Notes under the pieces: generated by a model | Told to the model about the DNA's origin: nothing | Databases searched by the model: none | Seen by the model: the letters and a program-made list of their open reading frames with translations, nothing else | Translations under genes and position numbers: made by a program | Virus record (IMG/VR): IMGVR_UViG_3300021197_001241 | Location: 1-62,606 of that record | Length of the DNA: 62,606 nucleotides | Reading direction: 5' to 3' (one strand) | Origin: a virus | Taxonomy: Duplodnaviria; Caudoviricetes | Shown: one piece after another, positions 1-8,603 of the stretch | How positions within the stretch are numbered: the first letter of the stretch is position 1 | Layout of the letters: every line of letters starts with the position of its first letter

Positions 1-54
1 AGTGGTGGATTGCCAGTTTAGAATCATACCAGTTTGAATGTCCTCAGCCCTCAT
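1..54 (-). CDS. hypothetical protein, 5' part only (runs off the window)
   Basis: ATG at 52-54 gives MRAEDIQTGMILNWQSTT..., open to the window edge; overlaps the end of the upstream small ORF. Confidence 0.45.
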   Translation of the reverse strand, partial: MRAEDIQTGMILNWQSTT

Positions 55-175
55 TCTTTTGACCCCTAAGAGATTGCAATCTTAATTTCACCCACAGGGC
101 ACCAAAAGAAAAGTATCCCGCTAGTGCGACTAAGGCAGTCCATTCTCCATGGCAGTTAGCTAAATGCGGCAACAT
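44..175 (-). CDS. small membrane peptide, 43 aa (not in ORF track)
   Basis: MLPHLANCHGEWTALVALAGYFSFGALWVKLRLQSLRGQKNEG; start coupled to the upstream stop (TAATG); one hydrophobic segment. Confidence 0.55.
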   Translation of the reverse strand: MLPHLANCHGEWTALVALAGYFSFGALWVKLRLQSLRGQKNEG

Positions 176-531
176 TATAGTTTACCCTTATGGTTATCGT
201 TGCCACGGTTCTCTGAAACAATCTTGAACTTCAATCCAGATGTCATAGAGGTGTGTTTACCAATTTGACACTCTTTGCCCAGATTTTGACCGGCATTATT
301 TCGCCATGCCTTCTGAAAGGTATTTCGAGATGCTTGATCTTCAAACTTTAGGATTGTCACGTCACTCATTTTGCCATTGCCAGCGGTGACACCAAGATAT
401 TTAGGCGGTGATTGGTCGCCACCGTTCTCCTCCACGCAATCGGGGCACTCATTAATATATCCACCGACTAACTTCTTACGTCGAGAATGCAGGTCGAATT
501 CATTTTCACAGTGTTTACAGTTTTTAATCAT
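175..531 (-). CDS. hypothetical zinc-ribbon protein
   Basis: CKHC...CPDC pair near the N-terminus; GAGAGGA SD before ATG 531 (MIKNC), shorter than the track ORF. Confidence 0.7.
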   Translation of the reverse strand: MIKNCKHCENEFDLHSRRKKLVGGYINECPDCVEENGGDQSPPKYLGVTAGNGKMSDVTILKFEDQASRNTFQKAWRNNAGQNLGKECQIGKHTSMTSGLKFKIVSENRGNDNHKGKL

Positions 532-556
532 ACTATCCTCTCGTTCAAAATTTAAA

Positions 557-784
557 TTATAGGTTACAGTCTTCTGTTTCATCAAGTAAGGCATCCAAGA
601 GGTTGATAACCCCTTCGATTTTCTCGCAAGCATCATCTCGATCAAAAGCGAAGAACTCTTCGACATCAAAGCGGGTGGAGTTGGCTAAGACTTCTGTAAG
701 CTCTAATAAAGCATTGCGCTGCTCTTTTAATAGCTCGACATCTATAATGGTGGATTCGGTAATATTGATTGTTGATTTGGACAT
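557..784 (-). CDS. hypothetical protein (helical, acidic)
   Basis: 75-aa ORF with GGGAG SD, directly behind a sigma70 promoter. Confidence 0.7.
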   Translation of the reverse strand: MSKSTINITESTIIDVELLKEQRNALLELTEVLANSTRFDVEEFFAFDRDDACEKIEGVINLLDALLDETEDCNL

Positions 785-809
785 TGGGTTCTCCCTGATT
801 TGTATATAT

Positions 810-838
810 ATTATACATGTTTGAAATAAGTTTGTCTA
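810..838 (-). promoter_or_regulatory. sigma70-type promoter
   Basis: TAGACA-17 bp-TATAAT on the minus strand; two further TTGACA hexamers just upstream. Confidence 0.7.
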
Positions 839-860
839 CATAAAAATTGTCAAGTAAATG

Positions 861-1055
861 TCAAGAGTCAAAAATTACTGTGTGGTTACCCGGAATCAGG
901 GCGATGACCCTTTTTCTAAACTTTGCTTGGGACTGTCGCCATGCGTTTGGCTTGCTGTGTGACCCCGAAACCACATCTGACGCAAAATCTCCGTTTAGCT
1001 TTTGATAAATTACCGTGTAAATCATCGATCCCGGTCCAATATTAGTATTTTTCAT
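861..1055 (-). CDS. hypothetical protein
   Basis: 64-aa ORF with AGGAG SD. Confidence 0.6.
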   Translation of the reverse strand: MKNTNIGPGSMIYTVIYQKLNGDFASDVVSGSHSKPNAWRQSQAKFRKRVIALIPGNHTVIFDS

Positions 1056-1203
1056 TTTTGACTCCTAAGTTTTTGGCGTGCTCAATGAAATCACGCTTTG
1101 CAGTTTTGACATCAGCAAGATAATCTAGCGTAGCAATATGGTCAGAACGCCGGATCTCTCTATTTAAAAGGTGAATAATTAAAAGTTGGGTATCAATAGA
1201 CAT
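1042..1203 (-). CDS. hypothetical protein, 53 aa (not in ORF track)
   Basis: MSIDTQLLIIHLLNREIRRSDH...GVKNEKY; GGAG SD, behind the promoter at 1233-1261. Confidence 0.55.
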   Translation of the reverse strand: MSIDTQLLIIHLLNREIRRSDHIATLDYLADVKTAKRDFIEHAKNLGVKNEKY

Positions 1204-1232
1204 ATAACAAAAAACTCCGTCTTATGTATAAC

Positions 1233-1261
1233 ATTATACACGTTACGGAGCGTCTTGTCAA
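1233..1261 (-). promoter_or_regulatory. sigma70-type promoter (perfect consensus)
   Basis: TTGACA-17 bp-TATAAT. Confidence 0.85.
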
Positions 1262-1563
1262 GAACTTTTTTCAGAAAAATCAACTTTCTCTATTTGATAA
1301 GGTATATCCTGTGGATTCCTGTACAGGGTGATTACTCTTTGTTCGCCAAAAGAGAATACTGTCACTGACATGAGCGGCTCTTCTATTGCAAAAGAGCTAT
1401 CTTGAATATCTAAAATCTCGATAACTTCATTTGCAAACTTATAAACTCCACCACGAACGATTGAAGGTGCCTTGATGACCATACCGTATTCATAGCCCTC
1501 GATTATCTTCGAGTCTTTCCATCGAACAATATCGCCCAATTTATAGGTATCGTCTTTTTTCAT
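1258..1563 (-). CDS. hypothetical protein, possible SH3/KOW-like beta barrel
   Basis: YKLGDIVRW...YGMV pattern typical of small phage beta-barrel proteins. Confidence 0.6.
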   Translation of the reverse strand: MKKDDTYKLGDIVRWKDSKIIEGYEYGMVIKAPSIVRGGVYKFANEVIEILDIQDSSFAIEEPLMSVTVFSFGEQRVITLYRNPQDIPYQIEKVDFSEKSS

Positions 1564-1573
1564 TCAGCAATGA

Positions 1574-2491
1574 TTACCCCCGCACCTCTCTCACAGACAT
1601 CATCGCGTCATAAGCATCTTTTTTTAGATCCATGATTCTTCCGATTTCTTCTGTGTTTCTAAGATATTTAAAAACTAAATTCTCGACCGAAAATTCTCCG
1701 CCTTCCTCCAAACCAGACTGGCGATAATTCCCTAGCTTGTCTTTGAGTCTGTCGGTATCTCCATAGACTTCTTCATATTTTTCTTCGTCAAACCTCTTTT
1801 GAATACTATCAATCATTTTAACGAAATGCTCTGCCTTTTGGGTCACAGCGTCTTCGCTAACTTCAAACGTCTTTCTATGCGGCTTAATAATCCAATCGTC
1901 ATCAGATACCGAATACACTGCTGTAGAGTGATGCGGCTCATTGGAGTCTTGAACATAGATCTCAACCTCGTGACCTTTGATTTTAATTTCGTGTGCTCTA
2001 TTCCAATTTGATTTGGCTTCCATCAAATAATTTCTCACTAGATCCTGATCTTCGTTGACGGCAGTGTAATCAATCAGGATATGTAAATCGATATCAGAAA
2101 GGTTAGTCCAATTATAGTTTGCCATTGACCCTGTGAAGGTTATATCTAAAATTGGTACAGGCAAATCTAATCTCTCATAGAAATCCTCTGCTATTCTCAA
2201 TAACTTTTCAGATATTTCCGGCTTTAATTTGTTGTCTTCGGTCCAAACATCTCGATTGAGGTCGTCTTGAATTTGTGGAACGACATCCACCTCTGATTCT
2301 CCCATTGCACCGAAGCCCGGTGGGGCAGACTTTGACCTCTTAAGAGAAGGTTTAATCGTATAAGGTGAAGAGTTGCGTTGGCCGCCTTTGGTTAACAATC
2401 TTTTCTTTGACCGATTATTTAACGCAGCCATCTTTTTCTGAAAGTCTTCAACTTCTGATATTATACTTTTATATTCATTCCACTCTTTCAT
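1574..2491 (-). CDS. Pol-beta-superfamily nucleotidyltransferase with N-terminal leader
   Basis: hG[S]-x-DxD motif (FTGSMANYNWTNLSDIDLHI) plus third acidic strand (EVEIYVQD); basic N-terminal extension. Confidence 0.8.
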   Translation of the reverse strand: MKEWNEYKSIISEVEDFQKKMAALNNRSKKRLLTKGGQRNSSPYTIKPSLKRSKSAPPGFGAMGESEVDVVPQIQDDLNRDVWTEDNKLKPEISEKLLRIAEDFYERLDLPVPILDITFTGSMANYNWTNLSDIDLHILIDYTAVNEDQDLVRNYLMEAKSNWNRAHEIKIKGHEVEIYVQDSNEPHHSTAVYSVSDDDWIIKPHRKTFEVSEDAVTQKAEHFVKMIDSIQKRFDEEKYEEVYGDTDRLKDKLGNYRQSGLEEGGEFSVENLVFKYLRNTEEIGRIMDLKKDAYDAMMSVREVRG

Positions 2492-2509
2492 GCTTTTTCC
2501 CTCGTACTA

Positions 2510-2517
2510 TAATTAGT
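2510..2517 (-). promoter_or_regulatory. putative phage late-promoter motif ACTAATTA
   Basis: member of the recurring ACTA(T/A/C)TTA motif; 18 nt before the NTase ATG; overlaps the upstream stop codon. Confidence 0.45.
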
Positions 2518-2851
2518 CTCCATATATCTCTTGTTCCCCTTCTTGATAGGTAATAATCGTTTTATTACCGGGATGCGGTTCGATGTGGACTTTCACAAAA
2601 TCAGTCATAGAATCAAAAATAGCAATACCGCCTCTAGGCGGAGGATACAGCCAGTGAATCATACATTGTCCTGTAGCCAAAACGACACCCTCAATGATCA
2701 CACCTTCGCCGGATACTCCGGTCTCATCGTACTGGCGACATACAGTGAAAGTTTCGATGCCTCGTGGTGCCAACTTGGGGCGAGGTTTTGGCTTTAAATC
2801 CTCCTGCTCAATAGTTGTCCCACTTGATTCTTCTTCATTCTCATCTTCCAT
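2513..2851 (-). CDS. hypothetical protein
   Basis: AGGAG SD before ATG 2851 (MEDENEEE); DETGVSGEGVIIEG globular core. Confidence 0.75.
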   Translation of the reverse strand: MEDENEEESSGTTIEQEDLKPKPRPKLAPRGIETFTVCRQYDETGVSGEGVIIEGVVLATGQCMIHWLYPPPRGGIAIFDSMTDFVKVHIEPHPGNKTIITYQEGEQEIYGD

Positions 2852-2861
2852 TTTGGATCTC

Positions 2862-3191
2862 CTAAGCATCCCCGATGGGCTTAAAATCTTTCATCATCTC
2901 ATCTGTCAACATGTCTTTTATGTCTTCGATAGTAGACGTGTATTGTTCCTTACCAAAGGTTTCAGACGATTTCATGTCGTCTAACATATCCCAAAGCGAA
3001 TTGTTTTCATCTACCAAATGCCTCATTTCATCAGCTATTTGCTTATTAATCCTCTCAAAGTCTTCACACTTCTTTGAAAGTTTGCCTATCTCTTGCTGCA
3101 TTTTAATATTTTCATACATTGCAACATCATAGTCAATTGCAGAAACATAACCTATCTTCCCTAAGATGTTTCCAATTATTTTTTTTAACAT
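2862..3191 (-). CDS. hypothetical coiled-coil protein
   Basis: 109 aa, heptad pattern, GAGGT SD. Confidence 0.7.
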   Translation of the reverse strand: MLKKIIGNILGKIGYVSAIDYDVAMYENIKMQQEIGKLSKKCEDFERINKQIADEMRHLVDENNSLWDMLDDMKSSETFGKEQYTSTIEDIKDMLTDEMMKDFKPIGDA

Positions 3192-3212
3192 TATATACCT
3201 CTAATTATATAA

Positions 3213-3220
3213 TAAATAGT
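3213..3220 (-). promoter_or_regulatory. putative late-promoter motif ACTATTTA
   Basis: intergenic copy of the recurring motif, in tandem with a sigma70 promoter. Confidence 0.55.
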
Positions 3221-3229
3221 TTCTCTTGT

Positions 3230-3258
3230 ATTATAACCGATTAAATGTTCTGTGTCAA
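3230..3258 (-). promoter_or_regulatory. sigma70-type promoter (perfect consensus)
   Basis: TTGACA-17 bp-TATAAT. Confidence 0.85.
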
Positions 3259-3265
3259 GGAGAAA

Positions 3266-4207
3266 TTATAAATTGTAGTATTTTACCGAATATGCTATTT
3301 CAACCAAAACACCTTCGTCCGGTACAATATCAAATTCCACTGTATTGTCGGATTCGATGTATGTCCATTTGGCTGTGTCCATCAGTCTTCCGTCTTCAAA
3401 GACTACAATTGTTTTTGTGTAAGGCTCGTGTGTCAACTCTATTTCTTCAAAAGGTTCTATCTTTTGTGTTGCATCTGCCACACCAGCAGACCAATCTTCT
3501 TCACAAATATCCACAATAACACCACTAAAGTAGTTAACAGCGTCAATGTACCTGATTCCTGTATCAGTTATTCTAGGAGGGAAATCACAAATCGAATCTT
3601 CTGGGTATACATTACCTATGAAGGATAGGAACACGCTGGATCTTATGCTTTGATACCATGCTTGAAAGTCTATATTCGACATCGTACTTTGCTCCTCTTC
3701 ATCTGAAACAATTACTGTCAACAAAGCCGCATCGGAGCGCATCCATGTGGAAGCATAGGCATCTAGTGTAACGTAGTTCTTTACTGAATCAAAACCTTTC
3801 TCCATTCCATCTGGAGGCAGATCGCCGTGCATCGCAATAGCATCAGCAATAGTATCGCCTCGGGTAAGCGGAAATGTTTGTGGCTGAGGAACGGCGCGAC
3901 CGTCGCCAGTCGTTATCATCTTTAGTCTCCAGTTTACATCTGCGGGGAGACTATTCATCATTAACTCAATGCCACTCAATAAAGCTGGGCGATGCTTCAT
4001 CATGGAGCAAGACCCATCAATAACCCAGAGGATATCTATCGAATCATAGCTTGCAGGCTGTCTAAAAGATTCAATCCAGATTTCTGGATCTGGCTCTGCT
4101 ACAATATATTCTTTTTCACCCTCACCGTGAATAACATAGTCAAAGTTGTTGTCGCAACTCATAAGCATTGAGAATAGAAATATGAGAGCTACCCTAAAAG
4201 CGGTCAT
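3266..4207 (-). CDS. vWA-domain lipoprotein
   Basis: signal peptide with lipobox-like LMSC; MIDAS DxSxS (ILWVIDGSCSM) and VSDEEE; start MTAFRV at 4207. Confidence 0.8.
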   Translation of the reverse strand: MTAFRVALIFLFSMLMSCDNNFDYVIHGEGEKEYIVAEPDPEIWIESFRQPASYDSIDILWVIDGSCSMMKHRPALLSGIELMMNSLPADVNWRLKMITTGDGRAVPQPQTFPLTRGDTIADAIAMHGDLPPDGMEKGFDSVKNYVTLDAYASTWMRSDAALLTVIVSDEEEQSTMSNIDFQAWYQSIRSSVFLSFIGNVYPEDSICDFPPRITDTGIRYIDAVNYFSGVIVDICEEDWSAGVADATQKIEPFEEIELTHEPYTKTIVVFEDGRLMDTAKWTYIESDNTVEFDIVPDEGVLVEIAYSVKYYNL

Positions 4208-4979
4208 TCTTTTTCGCCTCCAACTTTTCAATATTTTGCTTTAAAAAAGCCATATCAATCAGATTGGCAGGGGCAACGTAAACAATAGTTCCAACCAATT
4301 GTGGACCCATAAATCCACGACCGACCATAATTGAACTCACTACCCCAACAAAGCGGCCTTTGGAATCAAAGACTCCGGAGCCAGATGATCCACCCCATGC
4401 CATCGAGTGCATTGCTAGATCCGTACCGTAACCATCTCCAGCCAATTGACCGTCAAATGTCAATAGAGAATTGTTGCCGGGGAAGCCAGAATACACAACA
4501 TCTTCACCTACTGTGTACTTTGGATCTCTTATAAAATTTGCCGGGGTTCTGCTTTCCAAAGCTGGAACAACCAGAATAGCAATATCTACGATGTGATCCC
4601 AATATACTATCTTGCCAATGACTTGCTCATGCGGTGATTCAATCATTGCGGCAGAAGTCAGTGGTTCCGGTACCGACTCTGCCCAAATATGAGCGGCAGT
4701 CACTACGATATGATGATTCTTATACTTAAAATAAGTGCCGGTTCCGCGATATCTTCCACCCGCTTGCTGAACATGTACAGATACAGCAGCCTCGCGTGAA
4801 ATCTTGGCTGATTTACCCTGTACTTTTTCTTTTACACCATATTCTAGGTAACAACACTCTTGACTTTGCTGGAGTTGTTGAATAGCTGCTTCGTGGTTTG
4901 TCGGCTCTACTGTAGTTTTAGTACAACTAGGTACAGTGAGCATCATAACAAAACCTATTAATAATAAAATATTTCTCAT
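4194..4979 (-). CDS. trypsin-like (S1) serine protease, probable lipoprotein
   Basis: catalytic triad motifs VVTAAH, VDIAIL, GGSSGSG; N-terminal hydrophobic signal ending VPSC. Confidence 0.85.
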   Translation of the reverse strand: MRNILLLIGFVMMLTVPSCTKTTVEPTNHEAAIQQLQQSQECCYLEYGVKEKVQGKSAKISREAAVSVHVQQAGGRYRGTGTYFKYKNHHIVVTAAHIWAESVPEPLTSAAMIESPHEQVIGKIVYWDHIVDIAILVVPALESRTPANFIRDPKYTVGEDVVYSGFPGNNSLLTFDGQLAGDGYGTDLAMHSMAWGGSSGSGVFDSKGRFVGVVSSIMVGRGFMGPQLVGTIVYVAPANLIDMAFLKQNIEKLEAKKNDRF

Positions 4980-5044
4980 GATAGTGGTCCTTTGGGGAAA
5001 TACCCCTATTAGTAACTATCAGAAAAATATTTAAAAGAAGTAAT

Positions 5045-5191
5045 TTATTGAGATTCTGGAAGTTCTTCCAAGTCTTCTTCATTTAAAATATCAGTAGATC
5101 TTTCGATTACACGTATTTCTTCAGTGTTTTGATTATTTTTTTTGATACATCCGTAAGAGAAAAAAATCATAAATGGTAAAATAAATTTCAT
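5045..5191 (-). CDS. small lipoprotein, 48 aa (not in ORF track)
   Basis: MKFILPFMIFFSYGCIKKNNQ...ELPESQ; lipobox-like SYGC; ATGA overlap with the Nudix stop. Confidence 0.6.
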   Translation of the reverse strand: MKFILPFMIFFSYGCIKKNNQNTEEIRVIERSTDILNEEDLEELPESQ

Positions 5192-5592
5192 GTGGTTGCC
5201 CTTTTTATAGCCTCCACATAAATATCTCCGACATTATTTAATTTATCAATTTTTTTTGGATCTAGCCACATATATTCATCGTGCTCTGGAAGATCCTGAT
5301 GATCGAATACTTCACCTTCATAAACATCTGTTTTGTAGTAAGACATCCGACCCTCTTGAAATAGTTTTTCTAACTTATCTATTGTTAAGTTAGTCTCCTC
5401 CTTTACTTCCCTAATCGCACCGGGAATCCATTCTTCTCCCTCCACCAAGTGACCACCGGGCAAATCCCACTCTTCAGGAAATTTTTGGTTCTTTTTTCTC
5501 TTTAAAAGTAAAATATCTCCGTTATTGTCGAAGATAATTACTTTTGCCACGTATTTTGTATCAGGCGGTCTTACAGATAATTTAACTGGCAT
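5188..5592 (-). CDS. Nudix hydrolase
   Basis: Nudix box GGHLVEGEEWIPGAIREVKEETNL. Confidence 0.9.
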   Translation of the reverse strand: MPVKLSVRPPDTKYVAKVIIFDNNGDILLLKRKKNQKFPEEWDLPGGHLVEGEEWIPGAIREVKEETNLTIDKLEKLFQEGRMSYYKTDVYEGEVFDHQDLPEHDEYMWLDPKKIDKLNNVGDIYVEAIKRATT

Positions 5593-5957
5593 TAACTAAT
5601 TTGCTCTGGAGCTTTAATTACTCGGATAACTTTGCAGCCGGGAATTTCAGTACCGCGAATCACAGGCAAAAGATGGTCTTTCATAAATGTCTTAGCAGTA
5701 ATGGAATCTGCGCGTGGGTGGAATTTTATTTTAATGTGACTTAAATAAGATCCACTATCTTTTCTAAATAGAGAGTCTACTGCCGTTACTACGGTGACAC
5801 CCCCAATTGATCTAATGTCCTGTAGGGTTTCTTCCACTCCATACTCTGATTCGATTCGGATTAACAGTTCCATTTCAAAAATTCTTAATTTGTATCTTTC
5901 TTCATGTAGCTGTTCTAATTTTTGGTCTATCAGACTATCAATTAAGTTTTCGTTCAT
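5592..5957 (-). CDS. hypothetical protein, possible head-associated protein with cleavable leader
   Basis: N-terminus MNENLIDSLIDQKLEQLHE followed by a small alpha/beta domain; preceded by ACTACTTA motif. Confidence 0.65.
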   Translation of the reverse strand: MNENLIDSLIDQKLEQLHEERYKLRIFEMELLIRIESEYGVEETLQDIRSIGGVTVVTAVDSLFRKDSGSYLSHIKIKFHPRADSITAKTFMKDHLLPVIRGTEIPGCKVIRVIKAPEQIS

Positions 5958-5973
5958 GCCTTTCTCCAGTATA

Positions 5974-5981
5974 TAAGTAGT
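5974..5981 (-). promoter_or_regulatory. putative late-promoter motif ACTACTTA
   Basis: intergenic copy of the recurring motif. Confidence 0.5.
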
Positions 5982-5984
5982 ATA

Positions 5985-6332
5985 CTATTTCCAAAATACC
6001 TGTATTGCTACGATAACAAATGAAAGTAAAATGCACACTAAGGTTTTAGGAGTTGTAAAACTCTCTCCAAAATAATGAAACACCAAAAAAGGAAACACCA
6101 GATACGACAATCCAAAACCAAGCAATCTCGGGCCCCACGTTTCACCCATCTCCTCAACGGCGAATCTCATGCCATACAGAAAGAGGTAGCCCGTGGGGAT
6201 AGAGAAAATAAGAGGCATAAAAACCATATGGTCCTTTGCCCATTTCCAGATAAATGGCGAATAAGTTCCGTACCACGACACAACCTGACCCGCTGTAATT
6301 AGAACACACGCTAGGAAGAATTTTGAACTCAT
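5985..6332 (-). CDS. small four-helix membrane protein (SMR/DMT-like)
   Basis: four hydrophobic segments in 115 aa; FHYFGE before the last helix resembles DMT family proteins. Confidence 0.65.
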   Translation of the reverse strand: MSSKFFLACVLITAGQVVSWYGTYSPFIWKWAKDHMVFMPLIFSIPTGYLFLYGMRFAVEEMGETWGPRLLGFGLSYLVFPFLVFHYFGESFTTPKTLVCILLSFVIVAIQVFWK

Positions 6333-6335
6333 ATT

Positions 6336-6674
6336 CTACTCCCTGTCGTAGTCGTCTTCCAATCTCACAACATCTTCTAGGTGATTTGTACTAACTTCAA
6401 ACATATCTACCGGAGAAAACCTAGCACCAAATCGATGGACCTGACCCGGATTTACATGAAAGCAATCACCCTGATGTACTTCGGTGATAGTATCATCCTT
6501 ATCTTCTACAAACAAAATACCATTGAGAACATAAATAGTTTCTTCTTTATCTACGTGATACTGCTTTGACATTCGATGACCCTGCTTGATAATAATTCTT
6601 TTTGCTGCGTAATTGGGAGTTTCCGCCCAGATGATTTCCATGCCCCAAGGTTTTTCCACTTTTCTAATGCTCAT
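6336..6674 (-). CDS. cupin-domain protein (mannose-6-phosphate isomerase type II C-terminal-like)
   Basis: KPWG, SKQYH...EET, PGQVHRF, EVST motifs; start MSIRK at 6674. Confidence 0.85.
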   Translation of the reverse strand: MSIRKVEKPWGMEIIWAETPNYAAKRIIIKQGHRMSKQYHVDKEETIYVLNGILFVEDKDDTITEVHQGDCFHVNPGQVHRFGARFSPVDMFEVSTNHLEDVVRLEDDYDRE

Positions 6675-7063
6675 AACTGTACCCACCTTACATATTTCAT
6701 AATTGCCTGACGAACATGTGTGTTCCACTTTTCGTCAAGCTGGATTGATAATTTAATTGATAATTTTCTAGCCTCTTCCCAAGCCATCACCTCTTCTTTC
6801 AACACCTCTATTCGACTCGTATTAATGTCGGGAAACATTTCATTGAAATTTTCATTAGCTCTCAAAATAACATGTCCAGCCTCATGCAACAAAACAAACA
6901 ACTGATGCTCTTGATCTTTTAAATTATTGATTGTAACTACCTTATCGTCAATCCAGTATTCATCCAACCCCATAGGATCATAATCAACAACCACATCGTG
7001 AACCTCTAATAAATAAGTCTCAACAAATTCCATATGATCCTCAAGTGTAGTATTGAAAATCAT
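6671..7063 (-). CDS. HExxH zinc metallopeptidase-like protein (ImmA/IrrE-like)
   Basis: LLHEAGH plus downstream EEVMAW third ligand; GAGGA SD before MIFNTT. Confidence 0.7.
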   Translation of the reverse strand: MIFNTTLEDHMEFVETYLLEVHDVVVDYDPMGLDEYWIDDKVVTINNLKDQEHQLFVLLHEAGHVILRANENFNEMFPDINTSRIEVLKEEVMAWEEARKLSIKLSIQLDEKWNTHVRQAIMKYVRWVQL

Positions 7064-7482
7064 TTGTTTTTCCTCGGACGACCGCGCTTCTTTTGTATCC
7101 CCAGAGTATTGATGGACCCACGACCCCAAAAGTGCTTGTTGTTTCTATCATTTGTCATCAGAGACATGCTTATATTGTCTTCTTTAAAGATAAAATGCCT
7201 ACACGCGACTTCGCCATACGGAAGTTTTCTAGCTCGGTAAGGCTTTTTATTTAAAAAAGCTACACAGGCTTCTACGATTTGTTCTTCAGTCAATCCTTGG
7301 CTAAGATATTCTTTTATGGGCAACTTGGTGGCCACGCTAACTGCAACAGACCACTTTTTATCACCTGAATTAATCGAGGGAACCATGCCGCCCTCGTACC
7401 TACCTAGCTTCATTTTTTGGTTTTCATAACTGAAAGCCGGTTCATAGGGTCCAAACTCTTTAAAATAACATTCGATTTCCAT
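7060..7482 (-). CDS. hypothetical protein
   Basis: 140 aa, C-terminal AT-hook-like KKRGRPRK. Confidence 0.7.
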   Translation of the reverse strand: MEIECYFKEFGPYEPAFSYENQKMKLGRYEGGMVPSINSGDKKWSVAVSVATKLPIKEYLSQGLTEEQIVEACVAFLNKKPYRARKLPYGEVACRHFIFKEDNISMSLMTNDRNNKHFWGRGSINTLGIQKKRGRPRKNK

Positions 7483-7484
7483 TT

Positions 7485-7778
7485 CTATCCTCTCAAAAGG
7501 TTTTTTGTTTCTGCGTGGAACTTATTATAAATTTCATCGATTGCACCGATGACTAGAATCTCTTGCTGCATAGAGTTGTTACTCAAAGTTATGCGGGTAA
7601 AGTCCTGCCTCTTATCTAAGCCATCAACCAAGCGACCTTCAGCGAGAACGTTTTTCAGTGCTACATCTTCCCTCATACAAACAACATGGTCAGAATTGAT
7701 GTACACCTGCCTGATTGAATATGTTTTTTGTGAACCGTTTCCAATACTATAAATTTCTGCTAGTTTTACATTACTCAT
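7485..7778 (-). CDS. hypothetical protein
   Basis: probable start MSNVKLAE at 7778; VYINSDHVVCMRE strand typical of small phage proteins. Confidence 0.65.
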   Translation of the reverse strand: MSNVKLAEIYSIGNGSQKTYSIRQVYINSDHVVCMREDVALKNVLAEGRLVDGLDKRQDFTRITLSNNSMQQEILVIGAIDEIYNKFHAETKNLLRG

Positions 7779-8004
7779 TTTTCTTTCCGGGGTAGATGTT
7801 TCTGGTATGGGTTGACCACACCTTTCCTTCATAAAACACTTGACCATAAAAACAATTTTGTTTAGATTCTCCAAGATATAAAACGTATACAGGCTCTTGT
7901 AAGGTCTTGGTCTTCTTTATATATTTATTATTTTCCTGTATTATCAATACCGAAGAAGAAGGTATATAAACATAGCTTCCTTCTTTTATTTCTTTATTGA
8001 TCAT
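7771..8004 (-). CDS. hypothetical protein
   Basis: probable start MINKEIKEG at 8004 after GAAGAGG. Confidence 0.6.
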   Translation of the reverse strand: MINKEIKEGSYVYIPSSSVLIIQENNKYIKKTKTLQEPVYVLYLGESKQNCFYGQVFYEGKVWSTHTRNIYPGKKNE

Positions 8005-8281
8005 CCTCTTCTTCCGAGTTTGGTGTTTCTGCTGATGATTTGTTTTGCAACTCAACGTAGCCTGATAGGATATTAGAACAATCTGAAAGTCTCAAATCTA
8101 AGTCTGATAGACCTTCTCGAACCTCTGTGATGGATTTGATTGCCTTTGTTGGATTTGACGTAGCAATGTTTTCAACTTCATCCAAAAGCATAGATATTTG
8201 ATGTTCTACGTTCGTCATTAATTTACCCACTTCAGCAGGGATATCATTAAGCTCGACAGCATAAGAAATATTTACTTTCAA
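7994..8281 (-). CDS. hypothetical helical protein
   Basis: 95 aa, TTG start after GAGG SD. Confidence 0.7.
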   Translation of the reverse strand: MKVNISYAVELNDIPAEVGKLMTNVEHQISMLLDEVENIATSNPTKAIKSITEVREGLSDLDLRLSDCSNILSGYVELQNKSSAETPNSEEEDDQ

Positions 8282-8289
8282 ATTAACCT

Positions 8290-8571
8290 CTATTTAAAAA
8301 ATGTATGCCATACTGTTGCCGTTGACAAACCAATTACACTCGTTGTTATTACCCAGATTACTCTTGATGTATTTTCTTTCCATTGTTCAAGCTCTCTTAG
8401 TCTTGCATAAAGACCCTGATCTGGGTCGTAAACTGCCTTCTTTACGGAACTTAAAGATGTTGCCATCTCTTCACATCTTTGTTTGACGACCTCGATATTA
8501 TCTGCCATGCGGTCAAGTTTTCCGCCTAGCTCCACAATATCAATTTTTACCTCGTTGTTAGTATCAGACAC
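8290..8571 (-). CDS. coiled-coil protein with C-terminal TM helix (holin/XhlA-like candidate)
   Basis: coiled coil ...RLRELEQWK followed by VIWVITTSVIGLSTATVW; late motif upstream. Confidence 0.55.
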   Translation of the reverse strand: MSDTNNEVKIDIVELGGKLDRMADNIEVVKQRCEEMATSLSSVKKAVYDPDQGLYARLRELEQWKENTSRVIWVITTSVIGLSTATVWHTFFK

Positions 8572-8592
8572 TACACTGCCCCCCTTGTGACA

Positions 8593-8600
8593 TAAATAGT
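8593..8600 (-). promoter_or_regulatory. putative late-promoter motif ACTATTTA
   Basis: intergenic copy of the recurring motif. Confidence 0.55.
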
Positions 8601-8603
8601 GCC

